DNA from: a virus
Taxonomy: Duplodnaviria; Caudoviricetes
DNA length: 64,000 nt
Direction: 5' to 3' (one strand)
Virus record (IMG/VR): IMGVR_UViG_638276471_000001
Coordinates: 3,189-67,188 of that record
The translations under genes and the position numbers were made by a program. This document shows positions 56,215 to 63,914 of the stretch, one piece after another. Below the pieces are notes generated by a model, which made no database searches, was not told the origin of the DNA, and worked only from the letters and a program-made list of their open reading frames with translations. The first letter of the stretch is position 1; every line of letters begins with the position of its first letter.

Positions 56215-56726
56215 GGGCGCTCCTCGATTGGCCACTCGGCCACGACCTGGCCGTTGGTGTTGAACACGCGCACGGTGTCCTGGAGCCGCCCGGCGGCACA
56301 GTCGCTGCACTTGCAGGTGTTGCGCACGTGCCGCCTGGCGGCCTTGCCCACCGGTGTGCGCCGGTCGGCGGCGATGTCCACCACCTGCGCGGCCAGCGGC
56401 CCCAACGGAGCACCGGGCGCGCCGTAGGCCTGCGCACAGGTCCTGCACCGCCAGCGCGCGCCGTTGTCGCACCAGCGCATGTCCATCAGCCGCACCACCC
56501 GGTCACATCCCGCGCACCAATGCTCGACCACGGTGGGGGTCGGCCCGGTCAGGTCCCCCATGCGCGCCAGTCGTGCATTGACCCTTTCCTGCGCCGAGCT
56601 GCGCGGGGTGCGGGTGCGCATCCTGCGATCCACGACGTAGGCCGCCGACCCGGTCACCACGCCCGCCACGGCGAGCTGGCTTTCGACCGGCCAGGAGGCG
56701 AACACCGCCAGCATGTCGCTCAGCAT
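56211..56726 (-). CDS. membrane-anchored Cys-rich protein
   Basis: N-terminal hydrophobic segment; CAGC, CRTC, CKCSDC. Confidence 0.6.
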   Translation of the reverse strand: MLSDMLAVFASWPVESQLAVAGVVTGSAAYVVDRRMRTRTPRSSAQERVNARLARMGDLTGPTPTVVEHWCAGCDRVVRLMDMRWCDNGARWRCRTCAQAYGAPGAPLGPLAAQVVDIAADRRTPVGKAARRHVRNTCKCSDCAAGRLQDTVRVFNTNGQVVAEWPIEERP

Positions 56727-56998
56727 GGCGCGGTGCCGGTGTAGGCGAACCAGAACGCCGCCACGGCGGCCAGGTCGGTGCCGGGCAGGTCCACCCCGAT
56801 GCGGCGGCGCACGAACCGGCCCTTGTCAGCGGCGGTGTCCGGCCCCACGTGCGCGTTGTGCTGGCGGCGCTCGTGCCGCACCCGGACCTTGCCGCACGCG
56901 CCGCAGTATTGGACGGCGCAGGTGGGAGGTCTCGACTCCAGCATCTGCCAGGCCTCGCACTCGTGGTGCGCGGCCCGGCGGCCCGTGCGGGCCTTCAC
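56720..56998 (-). CDS. hypothetical protein
   Basis: GTGA overlap; CGACG. Confidence 0.5.
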   Translation of the reverse strand: MKARTGRRAAHHECEAWQMLESRPPTCAVQYCGACGKVRVRHERRQHNAHVGPDTAADKGRFVRRRIGVDLPGTDLAAVAAFWFAYTGTAPC

Positions 56999-57306
56999 CG
57001 GGCCACCCCGAACCGGTTCTCCGGAACGAAGGTGTGACCGGGTCGTGCACCTTGCTCCTGGTGCACCGGGCACACCTTCACACGCTCCCAGACGCCGCCT
57101 GCCAGGATGTGCAGGTCGGCGTTGGCCTCGGCGTTGTAGGTGCACCCGCAGGCGGTGGCTACCTTCCGGGTGTACCTCGGCGGTGGCGGTTGCGTGGCCC
57201 GGTCCTCGGCGGCCTCCAGGGCCTCGGCAATGCGTTCGAGCGCGATCACCGCGCGTTCGGCCAGCGGTGCCAGGTCGGTCAGGTTGGGCATGCCGGGGAG
57301 CTTCAT
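56995..57306 (-). CDS. hypothetical protein
   Basis: ATGA overlap; ALERIAEALE; CGC...CPVH. Confidence 0.6.
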   Translation of the reverse strand: MKLPGMPNLTDLAPLAERAVIALERIAEALEAAEDRATQPPPPRYTRKVATACGCTYNAEANADLHILAGGVWERVKVCPVHQEQGARPGHTFVPENRFGVAR

Positions 57307-57614
57307 GCGTAGAACACTCCGTCCTTGCCTCGGTACACCTGGAACGACTCGCCGGGTTCGACCTCGGCCAGCATGCCGGGCAGTTCCTCGGGCAACACCG
57401 GGTGCAGGACGGTGACCAGCATGATCGACCGCAGGCTGATCTCGCCGCGCCCGGTGCCGTCGACACCTTCGAACTCGACCAGCTGGTATGTCTCCACGCC
57501 GCGCACGGTGCGCAGGCCGGTCACCCGGCGCACGTCGCTCATGCGCAGGGTCGAGGGGGCAGGTGCCAGGATGTCGCCTACCTCCAGCTTGGAGGCGTCG
57601 GTGATCACGGCCAT
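57303..57614 (-). CDS. hypothetical protein
   Basis: GAAAGGA RBS; LEVGDIL. Confidence 0.7.
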   Translation of the reverse strand: MAVITDASKLEVGDILAPAPSTLRMSDVRRVTGLRTVRGVETYQLVEFEGVDGTGRGEISLRSIMLVTVLHPVLPEELPGMLAEVEPGESFQVYRGKDGVFYA

Positions 57615-57676
57615 GGTGGTGTGTTCCTTTCGGGGAGAGGTGCCCGGCGACCGGGTGGCCGCCGGGTGGGGGTTGG

Positions 57677-57922
57677 TCAGGACTTGAAGATGGCGACCAG
57701 GAACTCGCCTCGGTGCGTGGCGTACCAGGTGCCGGACACGGACTCACCGTCGATGTCCACGGCGGCGATGTCGGCCGGGAGCGCGATGCGCACCTCCTCG
57801 GCCTCCAGTTCATCGACCATCTCGGCCACGGCGTCGCACGCCTCGGCCAGTTCGACATGCGTGCTGTACACCTCGTGGCTGGTGGCGTCGGCCTCGGTGG
57901 TGATGACGGTGTAGAGACTCAC
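57677..57922 (-). CDS. acidic hypothetical protein
   Basis: Downstream of cassette; GAAAGGA RBS. Confidence 0.72.
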   Translation of the reverse strand: MSLYTVITTEADATSHEVYSTHVELAEACDAVAEMVDELEAEEVRIALPADIAAVDIDGESVSGTWYATHRGEFLVAIFKS

Positions 57923-57927
57923 GGGGT

Positions 57928-57994
57928 TCCTTTCCTGGCGGGTGCGTCCCGCCGTACAGGTTCAACAATACGGGCCGGTGGCGGCATTGTCTCC
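57928..57994 (-). promoter_or_regulatory. repeat expression cassette copy 4
   Basis: GAGACA-N17-TATTGT-N6-TGTACGGCGGGACGCACCCGCCAGGAAAGGA. Confidence 0.8.
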
Positions 57995-58019
57995 GCAACG
58001 CCGCCACCGGTCGACGCGG

Positions 58020-58286
58020 CTACAGTTCGCCGCGCTCGTGCATCCGGCCCAGCGACTGGGTGTACTCGGTCAGCCACCCGGCCAGGTCGGCGGGGTTGGT
58101 GGCCTCGGCGTACACCTGGCCGTTCGCGTCGGCGATCAGCCACACCTCGCCATTGAACAGCAGGGCCATGGCGGCGGTGTCGGGATTCGACAGCTGCGCC
58201 GGGTCGATTTCCGGCAGCACCGCCGCCGGGCCGCCGCCCTCGGCGGCGTAGGTGGCGGCCAGGTGAATGGTGGTGGCGTTCGACAT
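58020..58286 (-). CDS. acidic hypothetical protein (MSNATT...)
   Basis: Single gene between two cassettes; GAAAGGA RBS. Confidence 0.72.
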   Translation of the reverse strand: MSNATTIHLAATYAAEGGGPAAVLPEIDPAQLSNPDTAAMALLFNGEVWLIADANGQVYAEATNPADLAGWLTEYTQSLGRMHERGEL

Positions 58287-58292
58287 GGTGTG

Positions 58293-58362
58293 TCCTTTCT
58301 CAGGTGGCGGGTCCGTCCCGCCGTACATGCACCACAATACGGTACACCGGCGGCATTGTCTC
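58293..58362 (-). promoter_or_regulatory. repeat expression cassette copy 5
   Basis: GAGACA-N17-TATTGT-N6-TGTACGGCGGGACGGACCCGCCACCTGAGAAAGGA. Confidence 0.8.
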
Positions 58363-58384
58363 GCCGCCGGTGCTCGCGTGCCAC

Positions 58385-58810
58385 CTAGTCGATGTCGCCG
58401 CGCAGGCGGCGGCGCTCGATGCGCGCCAGCAGTGACGTGCAGGCGCTGGCGTGCCGCTGGTTGGTCCGGGTGCGGCAGCACTCGCGCAGCTGGATCGCCT
58501 CGTTGGTCGAGGCGTCCCGCCCGCACACCACGCACTTGGGCCAGTCGAACCCCCCGGAGGTGTCGGCGAAGTAGCAGGTGTGCGCCTGCACGCCATTGGC
58601 GTCGGTGCCGTGGGCAGGCCGGGCCCCGGCCACCTCCGACCACGGCTGAGGCAGGAATCCGCCACGGGCGAACCAGGCGTCCAGCTCCAGCACCATGCGC
58701 GCCAGCTCGGCCCCGTCGGCAGGCGGGTCGCCTTGCAGGCGGTTTTCGTCCTCGCGCAGCACGTTCTGCGCCTCATCCACCAGCTGCGCCACCAGGGCGT
58801 CAGGATCCAT
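58385..58810 (-). CDS. hypothetical protein
   Basis: MDPDA...LDAWFARGGFLPQPW motif; Cys-rich tail. Confidence 0.7.
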   Translation of the reverse strand: MDPDALVAQLVDEAQNVLREDENRLQGDPPADGAELARMVLELDAWFARGGFLPQPWSEVAGARPAHGTDANGVQAHTCYFADTSGGFDWPKCVVCGRDASTNEAIQLRECCRTRTNQRHASACTSLLARIERRRLRGDID

Positions 58811-58961
58811 CTCGAACCACCTCTATCGCGGGGTGCGGGCCACGGCACCCGCCGGGCCTGGTGCACCGGATGTAACCGTCGGTGTACACCATGAGCCACC
58901 CGCACCCGCCGCGCACAATCGCGACGGGGACGGGGGCCACGGGGTTGAGCGGGGTGGGCAT
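58800..58961 (-). CDS. 53-aa hypothetical protein
   Basis: Fills gap between flanking genes. Confidence 0.4.
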   Translation of the reverse strand: MPTPLNPVAPVPVAIVRGGCGWLMVYTDGYIRCTRPGGCRGPHPAIEVVRDGS

Positions 58962-58962
58962 G

Positions 58963-59175
58963 TCAGCCCACCGCCACCCACTGCTGCACGGTCGCCAGCG
59001 CGTCGTCGTAGCTGGCGCTGGCGAACATGGCGTCGGTGAACTCGTTGCACGCCTCGCCGTGCCCGGCCTTGCGCAGGGCTCGCGTGACCCGGCCGATGAT
59101 GGCGAACACGTTGCCGTCCTGGCCAACCAGCGCCACCTCGACATCGGGGTAGCGCGGCTGGTCCTGCCCGCTCAT
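58963..59175 (-). CDS. conserved small phage protein
   Basis: VALVGQDGNVFAIIGRV..ALR.....EF......SYDDAL motif. Confidence 0.75.
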   Translation of the reverse strand: MSGQDQPRYPDVEVALVGQDGNVFAIIGRVTRALRKAGHGEACNEFTDAMFASASYDDALATVQQWVAVG

Positions 59176-59666
59176 GCGGTGGCCTTCAGCAGGTCCAGGC
59201 GCTGCTCCAGCGCCGCGCGGGCCTCCGCGATCTCATCGCCGGAGGCCTCCAGCACAGCGCGCGCCAGCCTGCGCACCTCGTCGTCGCGGTCCATCAGGAG
59301 CGGCACCGGGCCCTTGCCCTCGCGCTGCGCCCAGGTGCGCAGTCCGAAGGCCTCGTAGTCCTGCCAGCGCTCCGGGAGGTGGCCGTTGGCGACCGCCTCG
59401 AGCACTTCGTCGTAGCGGCGGGACTTGGTGTCCCAGTCAGCCTGGTCGCTGGCCAGCAGCTCGTCCAGCTTGGCCTTGTCGGCCGGAATCGACACCTTGC
59501 CGTTGCGGTCGGCCACCGCGCCGAGGCGCTTGCTGGCGACGCGCACGAAGGCGGCGTAGGCCTGTGTGACATCAGGATCATGGGTGAACTCGCCCAGGTG
59601 GAAATCGGCCACGGGGGTCGACTTGCGGTAGTCGGCCACATCGTCGTGGGTGCTGGGACGTGCCAT
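59172..59666 (-). CDS. hypothetical protein
   Basis: AAGGAG RBS; ATGA overlap. Confidence 0.72.
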   Translation of the reverse strand: MARPSTHDDVADYRKSTPVADFHLGEFTHDPDVTQAYAAFVRVASKRLGAVADRNGKVSIPADKAKLDELLASDQADWDTKSRRYDEVLEAVANGHLPERWQDYEAFGLRTWAQREGKGPVPLLMDRDDEVRRLARAVLEASGDEIAEARAALEQRLDLLKATA

Positions 59667-59732
59667 GGTGGTTCTCCTTGTGGTTGTGGTTGGTGCCTGC
59701 CCGGCGGGGTTGCCGGGCAGGCGGGGGAGCTT

Positions 59733-59954
59733 TCAGGCCGACCGGGTGTCGGTGATGGTGTAGCGGGCCTCCGGGGTCTCGCCCCGGAACAGGATCCCGG
59801 CCATGCCGTTGCCACGGCGGGCCAGGCCCTGGCCGGTGACGAAGCCGACCAGCGCGCGGCGCGCGCCGACGATGGTGGCGTGCTCGGTGGTGCGCACGTG
59901 GCCGGTGGCCGGGAACGCGATGCGCAGGATGACCGCGCCGGAAGTTGTGGACAT
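59733..59954 (-). CDS. hypothetical protein
   Basis: Downstream of variant cassette. Confidence 0.6.
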   Translation of the reverse strand: MSTTSGAVILRIAFPATGHVRTTEHATIVGARRALVGFVTGQGLARRGNGMAGILFRGETPEARYTITDTRSA

Positions 59955-59959
59955 GGGGA

Positions 59960-60034
59960 CCGCCTAACGGTTGGTGGCGGCTACCGTGCCGCCGTGCAAT
60001 CACTACATTACGGCGACCCGGCGGCATTGTCTCC
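59960..60034 (-). promoter_or_regulatory. repeat expression cassette copy 6 (covariant hairpin)
   Basis: GAGACA-N17-TAATGT; hairpin GGCGGC/GCCGCC replaces GGCGGG/CCCGCC. Confidence 0.75.
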
Positions 60035-60063
60035 GGGTAGAGGCCATGCCGCCGGGCACCGGC

Positions 60064-60594
60064 TCAGACTCCGAACCAGGTTGCGCGCCGGGTCGACTCG
60101 ACGCGGCCGAACGGCCCCATCTTCTCGGACACCGGCGGCTCGTTGCCGGGCGTCGGCCCGAGCAGCTTGTCCACGACCATCAGGTACAGGCTCGGCCAGT
60201 TGGCCTCACCGATGAACTCCAGCAGGCCGTTCCAGTTGTACCGGGAGGTGGTCTCCCCGGTGACCGCCCAGCGCACCGAGCGGCCGACGCGCCAGCCGAT
60301 GGCGGCGTAGCGGTACTCCCGACCGGACTGGTACTTCGTGAACGACACGACAGCGTGGTCGCCTTCGCCGCCCAGTTCCGGCATCCGGGGGCGCGAGGCC
60401 TCCAGCTGCGCCTGCGCCAGCAGGGCGGCCTGGCGACGCAGCTCGCGGGCGTGGCGCTCGGCCTCCTCGGCCGCCGCCATCAGGTCCATCGGCCTGCGCG
60501 GCGCGGCGGTGGTTACCGCCTCGGACGCCATCAGCTTCACCTGCTCGCGGTCCTGGTCGAACTGCACGTCTTCGGGGGTTTCGTCGGTGTACAT
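60064..60594 (-). CDS. hypothetical protein
   Basis: AGGAG RBS; Y.YAAI......W.VTG......W..LL motif. Confidence 0.72.
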   Translation of the reverse strand: MYTDETPEDVQFDQDREQVKLMASEAVTTAAPRRPMDLMAAAEEAERHARELRRQAALLAQAQLEASRPRMPELGGEGDHAVVSFTKYQSGREYRYAAIGWRVGRSVRWAVTGETTSRYNWNGLLEFIGEANWPSLYLMVVDKLLGPTPGNEPPVSEKMGPFGRVESTRRATWFGV

Positions 60595-60670
60595 GGTTCT
60601 CCTGTGGTTGTGGTTGTCGTGCGGGAGGTGGTGCCGGGCCACCGTACGATGACCCGGCACCGGGCGGCCA

Positions 60671-61741
60671 CTAGTTTGCGGCCGACAGCAGGGTGAAGGC
60701 CTTGGCCTTCGTGTCCGCGACCGTGGTGCTGGTGATGGTGCGGATGGCGCGGCGCACGCTGTCGGTGCCACGTGCGCGCGTGGCGGCCTTCATCGGGCCC
60801 AGCGGTGCCAGGTGGTCCAGGTACCGGGTAACGGCGTTGTACGCGCCGAACTGGGTGCCGTACCACATGGCCACGGTGTCGTCCTTGCGGTAGACCTCCA
60901 TCACCTTGGCGGCGGTCTCCAGGCGCTTGCCGCGCTTGACCTCGGTGTCGGCGGTGTCGGCCTCGAACACCTCGTTGAGCGCCTTGCGCACCCACTCGTC
61001 GTCGCGCTCGCGCTGTGCCATGGCCTCGAACTCGGTGCGCATGGTCTCGTCCAGCTTGAACGTCAAGCCCAGGATGCGGCGCACCTCTTCCAGGCGCACG
61101 TCGGCGTTGCCGGTGTGCCGGATCGACACCTGGGACACGGCGTTGGCCTCGGCCAGGCGCTGGGTGTTGGCGCACACCACCCGAACGGGGGAGATGACCG
61201 CGCGCAGAGCGCCCTGGCCGTCGTGGTGGTTGAACACCGCCAGGTACAGCTTGGTCACGTCCTTGAACCCGGTCGGCGCGGTCAGCTCCATGTGGTCCGG
61301 CATCAGCATGGTGACGAAGGTGCGCCGCCCGCCGTCCAGGGCACCGATGGTCTCGATGTGCGCGCCGGACTGGTCGCAGATGTTGTAGAGCAGGCCGGTG
61401 GTGGCCTCGTTCTGGAACGGCTGCCACCAGGCACCGATGACGCCCAGCGGCTCGGCGGCCTTGGTGACCGGGTTGGTGCGCAGGATCGTGTACCGGCCCG
61501 GTACGTCGACCAGTTGCGGTTCCGGCTGAACCTCCAGCTCGTTGCCGTCGGCGTCGTGGCGCACCGCGATGTCGGCGCGCAGCGGCACCTTGCGTACGTC
61601 CCAGTCGAGCATGTTGGCGGCCGCCAGGGCCTCCATCGGGTCCATCTTGTGGCCGACCTGCTGGCCGAGCTGGTGCCAGGCGTCGGTCTGGCTGTCGGCG
61701 AAGCTGACCACGCCGTTGGTGCTGTCGAGTTCGTGGGCCAT
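60671..61741 (-). CDS. DUF932 family protein
   Basis: MAHEL...AWHQLG...LDWDV, QN, ETIGALDGGR, HDG, PVRVVCANT, IRHT, YNAVT. Confidence 0.88.
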   Translation of the reverse strand: MAHELDSTNGVVSFADSQTDAWHQLGQQVGHKMDPMEALAAANMLDWDVRKVPLRADIAVRHDADGNELEVQPEPQLVDVPGRYTILRTNPVTKAAEPLGVIGAWWQPFQNEATTGLLYNICDQSGAHIETIGALDGGRRTFVTMLMPDHMELTAPTGFKDVTKLYLAVFNHHDGQGALRAVISPVRVVCANTQRLAEANAVSQVSIRHTGNADVRLEEVRRILGLTFKLDETMRTEFEAMAQRERDDEWVRKALNEVFEADTADTEVKRGKRLETAAKVMEVYRKDDTVAMWYGTQFGAYNAVTRYLDHLAPLGPMKAATRARGTDSVRRAIRTITSTTVADTKAKAFTLLSAAN

Positions 61742-61815
61742 GGTGTCCTCCTTGGTAGGCGGGTGGTTGTGGTGGGGTGGTGCGCGTTGTCCGGTCGCGC
61801 CCCCGGGTACCGAAA

Positions 61816-62073
61816 TCAGTGGGTCTTGGCGGCGACCCAGGTGGCGGCGGTGAGCGCCTGGCGGGCGGTGGCCCGGTCCAGGTCGATGACCGCGACGCGG
61901 GTCTGCGGTTCGCCAGCGGCGTTGGTGGTGTGGCCATAGGCGACCTCGTGGCTGAGGTCGTCCCAGGAGATGACCGCCGCCAGTTCGTCCTGCGCGATGA
62001 TCATGCCGTCGAGCAGGGTGGCGTCGTCCGCGTCGAGGTCCAGGGTGTTGGTGGGGGTGACGATGCTGATCAT
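61816..62073 (-). CDS. acidic hypothetical protein
   Basis: Downstream of cassette; GGAAGG RBS. Confidence 0.68.
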   Translation of the reverse strand: MISIVTPTNTLDLDADDATLLDGMIIAQDELAAVISWDDLSHEVAYGHTTNAAGEPQTRVAVIDLDRATARQALTAATWVAAKTH

Positions 62074-62078
62074 TTCTG

Positions 62079-62144
62079 CCTTCCCTGGCGGGTCCGTCCC
62101 GCCGTACACGAACGACATTACGTCAGAGACGCGGCGTTGTCTCC
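62079..62144 (-). promoter_or_regulatory. repeat expression cassette copy 7
   Basis: GAGACA-N17-TAATGT-N6-TGTACGGCGGGACGGACCCGCCA. Confidence 0.8.
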
Positions 62145-62145
62145 A

Positions 62146-62292
62146 CTACGCGAGCGGCCACAGAAACGCCGCTCCCAGGAACCCGGCAATGGCCACGGTT
62201 CCCCAGAACGCGACGGCGGCCTCGCTGTGCACCACGGCCAGCGCCAGGCAGGCCACGATGGCGGCCCCCAGGGCCACCAGGGCGACGGTCAT
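62146..62292 (-). CDS. 48-aa two-TM membrane peptide
   Basis: ATGA overlap; MTVALVALGAAIVACLALAVV...; absent from ORF track. Confidence 0.55.
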   Translation of the reverse strand: MTVALVALGAAIVACLALAVVHSEAAVAFWGTVAIAGFLGAAFLWPLA

Positions 62293-62426
62293 CGCGGACC
62301 CCCGCCCAGGCGCTGCCAGAACGCGAGTTCGCGCGCCAGGCGCTGTGCTGGCGTGCGGCGCGCGGCCACCGTGCGCCGGTACCAGGCCCGGCAGGCCGGG
62401 TCCGGCAGGTGCGGGATGCTGTTCAT
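62289..62426 (-). CDS. 45-aa basic peptide
   Basis: AGGAGG RBS; ATGA overlaps at both ends. Confidence 0.55.
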   Translation of the reverse strand: MNSIPHLPDPACRAWYRRTVAARRTPAQRLARELAFWQRLGGGPR

Positions 62427-62791
62427 GCGATGCCTCCTGGAAGTTCGGTGTGCAGCGCGGTGGCGTACCCGTAGTAATACCGCAGGTCAGCCGCCATGGC
62501 CTCGGTCATGAGCCGCACGGCGGCGTCCTGGTTGGCGTCCAGCCACGCGCGCAGCTCCGGTCCTGGCCTACCCGGTCCCGAGTAGGCCTGCGCCAGCAGG
62601 CGCTTCTTGCGCTCGATGCGCGCCAGCTCGGCCTGGTGGGCGAAAAACGCCACGAAGTTGGCCTCGCGGGCGTTGGCCGCCGCGCGCCGGTGGGCGCGCG
62701 CACGGCGACCGATGCCGTGCACCGGGCAGGTGACCCGGCGGCACCGGCGGGTGCCGGGTTGCTGGTAGTTCCAGCCGGTGGTGGTGGCCAT
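62423..62791 (-). CDS. hypothetical protein
   Basis: AAGGAG RBS; CRRVTCPVH. Confidence 0.65.
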   Translation of the reverse strand: MATTTGWNYQQPGTRRCRRVTCPVHGIGRRARAHRRAAANAREANFVAFFAHQAELARIERKKRLLAQAYSGPGRPGPELRAWLDANQDAAVRLMTEAMAADLRYYYGYATALHTELPGGIA

Positions 62792-62793
62792 GG

Positions 62794-62985
62794 TCAGCTC
62801 TCCTTGCTCTCGATGGCGACAACTTGGGACTCGTGCACGATCAGCGTGCTCAGCGCGGCGTCGTCCCAGCGGACGGCCACGTTGCGGGTGCCCGACGGCA
62901 GCGGCGCGTAGTAGCGCTCGAACGTCCCGGTGACGCCGGGGCGGGCGGCCAGGGCGACGCGGGTGTTGGGGGTGAAGTCCGGCAT
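62794..62985 (-). CDS. 63-aa SH3/KOW-like protein
   Basis: GAGGAGG RBS; RV.......GT.......VAVRWDD. Confidence 0.65.
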   Translation of the reverse strand: MPDFTPNTRVALAARPGVTGTFERYYAPLPSGTRNVAVRWDDAALSTLIVHESQVVAIESKES

Positions 62986-62989
62986 GGTG

Positions 62990-63060
62990 TCCTCCTCGGG
63001 CTGGCGGGTCCGTCCCGCCGTACAGGTACGACTTTACGTCAGGGTGGCGGCGTTGTCTCC
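62990..63060 (-). promoter_or_regulatory. repeat expression cassette copy 8
   Basis: GAGACA-N17-TAAAGT-N6-TGTACGGCGGGACGGACCCGCCA. Confidence 0.8.
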
Positions 63061-63080
63061 ACGCCGCCACCCGGTGGCGG

Positions 63081-63836
63081 CTAGGCCTTGGCGGCGGCCT
63101 CGCGGGCCGCCTTCAGCGCGGCCCGGCGGGCACGGCGGTAGGCGTTGTGCGCCTCACCGGAATTGCGCCACACGATCTTGCCGTCGCGCACGACCTGGTT
63201 CTTGGCCAGCTTGGTGCCTGCGGCCTTGGTGGCCACGATGGCCTCGGCGGCGGCCCGGTCACCGGCGGTGCCCAGGTCTTCCCACCCGGCGGCGGTCTTG
63301 CGCTGCGCGGCGAACTCGGTGACGGTCTTGCGCACCACCCGGTACAGCACCCCGGCGACCTCGGCGCGGTACTCGCCGCCCTTGTGGCTGCGGAACTTCG
63401 GGGTCTCGACGGTGGCCTCGGCCTTGTCCTCCTCGGTGGCGGCCTCGACCGCGCTGGCCAGCACGTCAGCGCCGGTGGCGACCTTCGGCGCGGCCTTCGG
63501 CGCGGCCTTGGCGGCCACAACCTCGGCGAAGGCCTCCGGCGCGATCTCGCCCCAGCCGTCGACCTCGGGGTGCCAGTCGCCCAGCTTGCCCGCCACGGCG
63601 GTGATCCTGACCGGCACCACGATGGCCTGGCCACCGAGCTGCTGCGCACGCTTCGCGCCGTACCCGGTGCGGGCGTTGGCCTCGGCGGCCAGCGAACTCT
63701 TGTGCCAGGTGTGCACGAAGGCCTCGCCGTCGGCCTGCACGATGATCGTGGCGGCGATGTACGGCATGGTGCCGGACGTGCGGGTCACGGTCTCGCCGTT
63801 CGGCAGGTCAACGGTGAAGGTGAACTTGGCGGCCAT
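63081..63836 (-). CDS. Ala/Lys-rich hypothetical protein
   Basis: 251 aa, single gene between two cassettes; GAAAGGA RBS. Confidence 0.78.
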   Translation of the reverse strand: MAAKFTFTVDLPNGETVTRTSGTMPYIAATIIVQADGEAFVHTWHKSSLAAEANARTGYGAKRAQQLGGQAIVVPVRITAVAGKLGDWHPEVDGWGEIAPEAFAEVVAAKAAPKAAPKVATGADVLASAVEAATEEDKAEATVETPKFRSHKGGEYRAEVAGVLYRVVRKTVTEFAAQRKTAAGWEDLGTAGDRAAAEAIVATKAAGTKLAKNQVVRDGKIVWRNSGEAHNAYRRARRAALKAAREAAAKA

Positions 63837-63842
63837 GGTGGT

Positions 63843-63914
63843 TCCTTTCTCAGGTGGGCGGGTCCGTCCCGCCGTACAAAGACCACATTACGTCGAAACG
63901 GCGGCATTGTCTCC
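63843..63914 (-). promoter_or_regulatory. repeat expression cassette copy 9
   Basis: GAGACA-N17-TAATGT-N6-TGTACGGCGGGACGGACCCGCCCACCTGAGAAAGGA. Confidence 0.8.

Noticed and set aside
57928-63914. Clustered cassette repeats as a CRISPR array
   Set aside because: Repeats are degenerate and separated by whole genes of very variable length; no cas operon (the Cas4-like nuclease is a standard phage replication-block exonuclease)
3301-63914. Cassettes as true integron attC sites or IS ends
   Set aside because: No integrase or transposase seen, no GTTRRRY/RYYYAAC core ends or target duplications; geometry fits promoters
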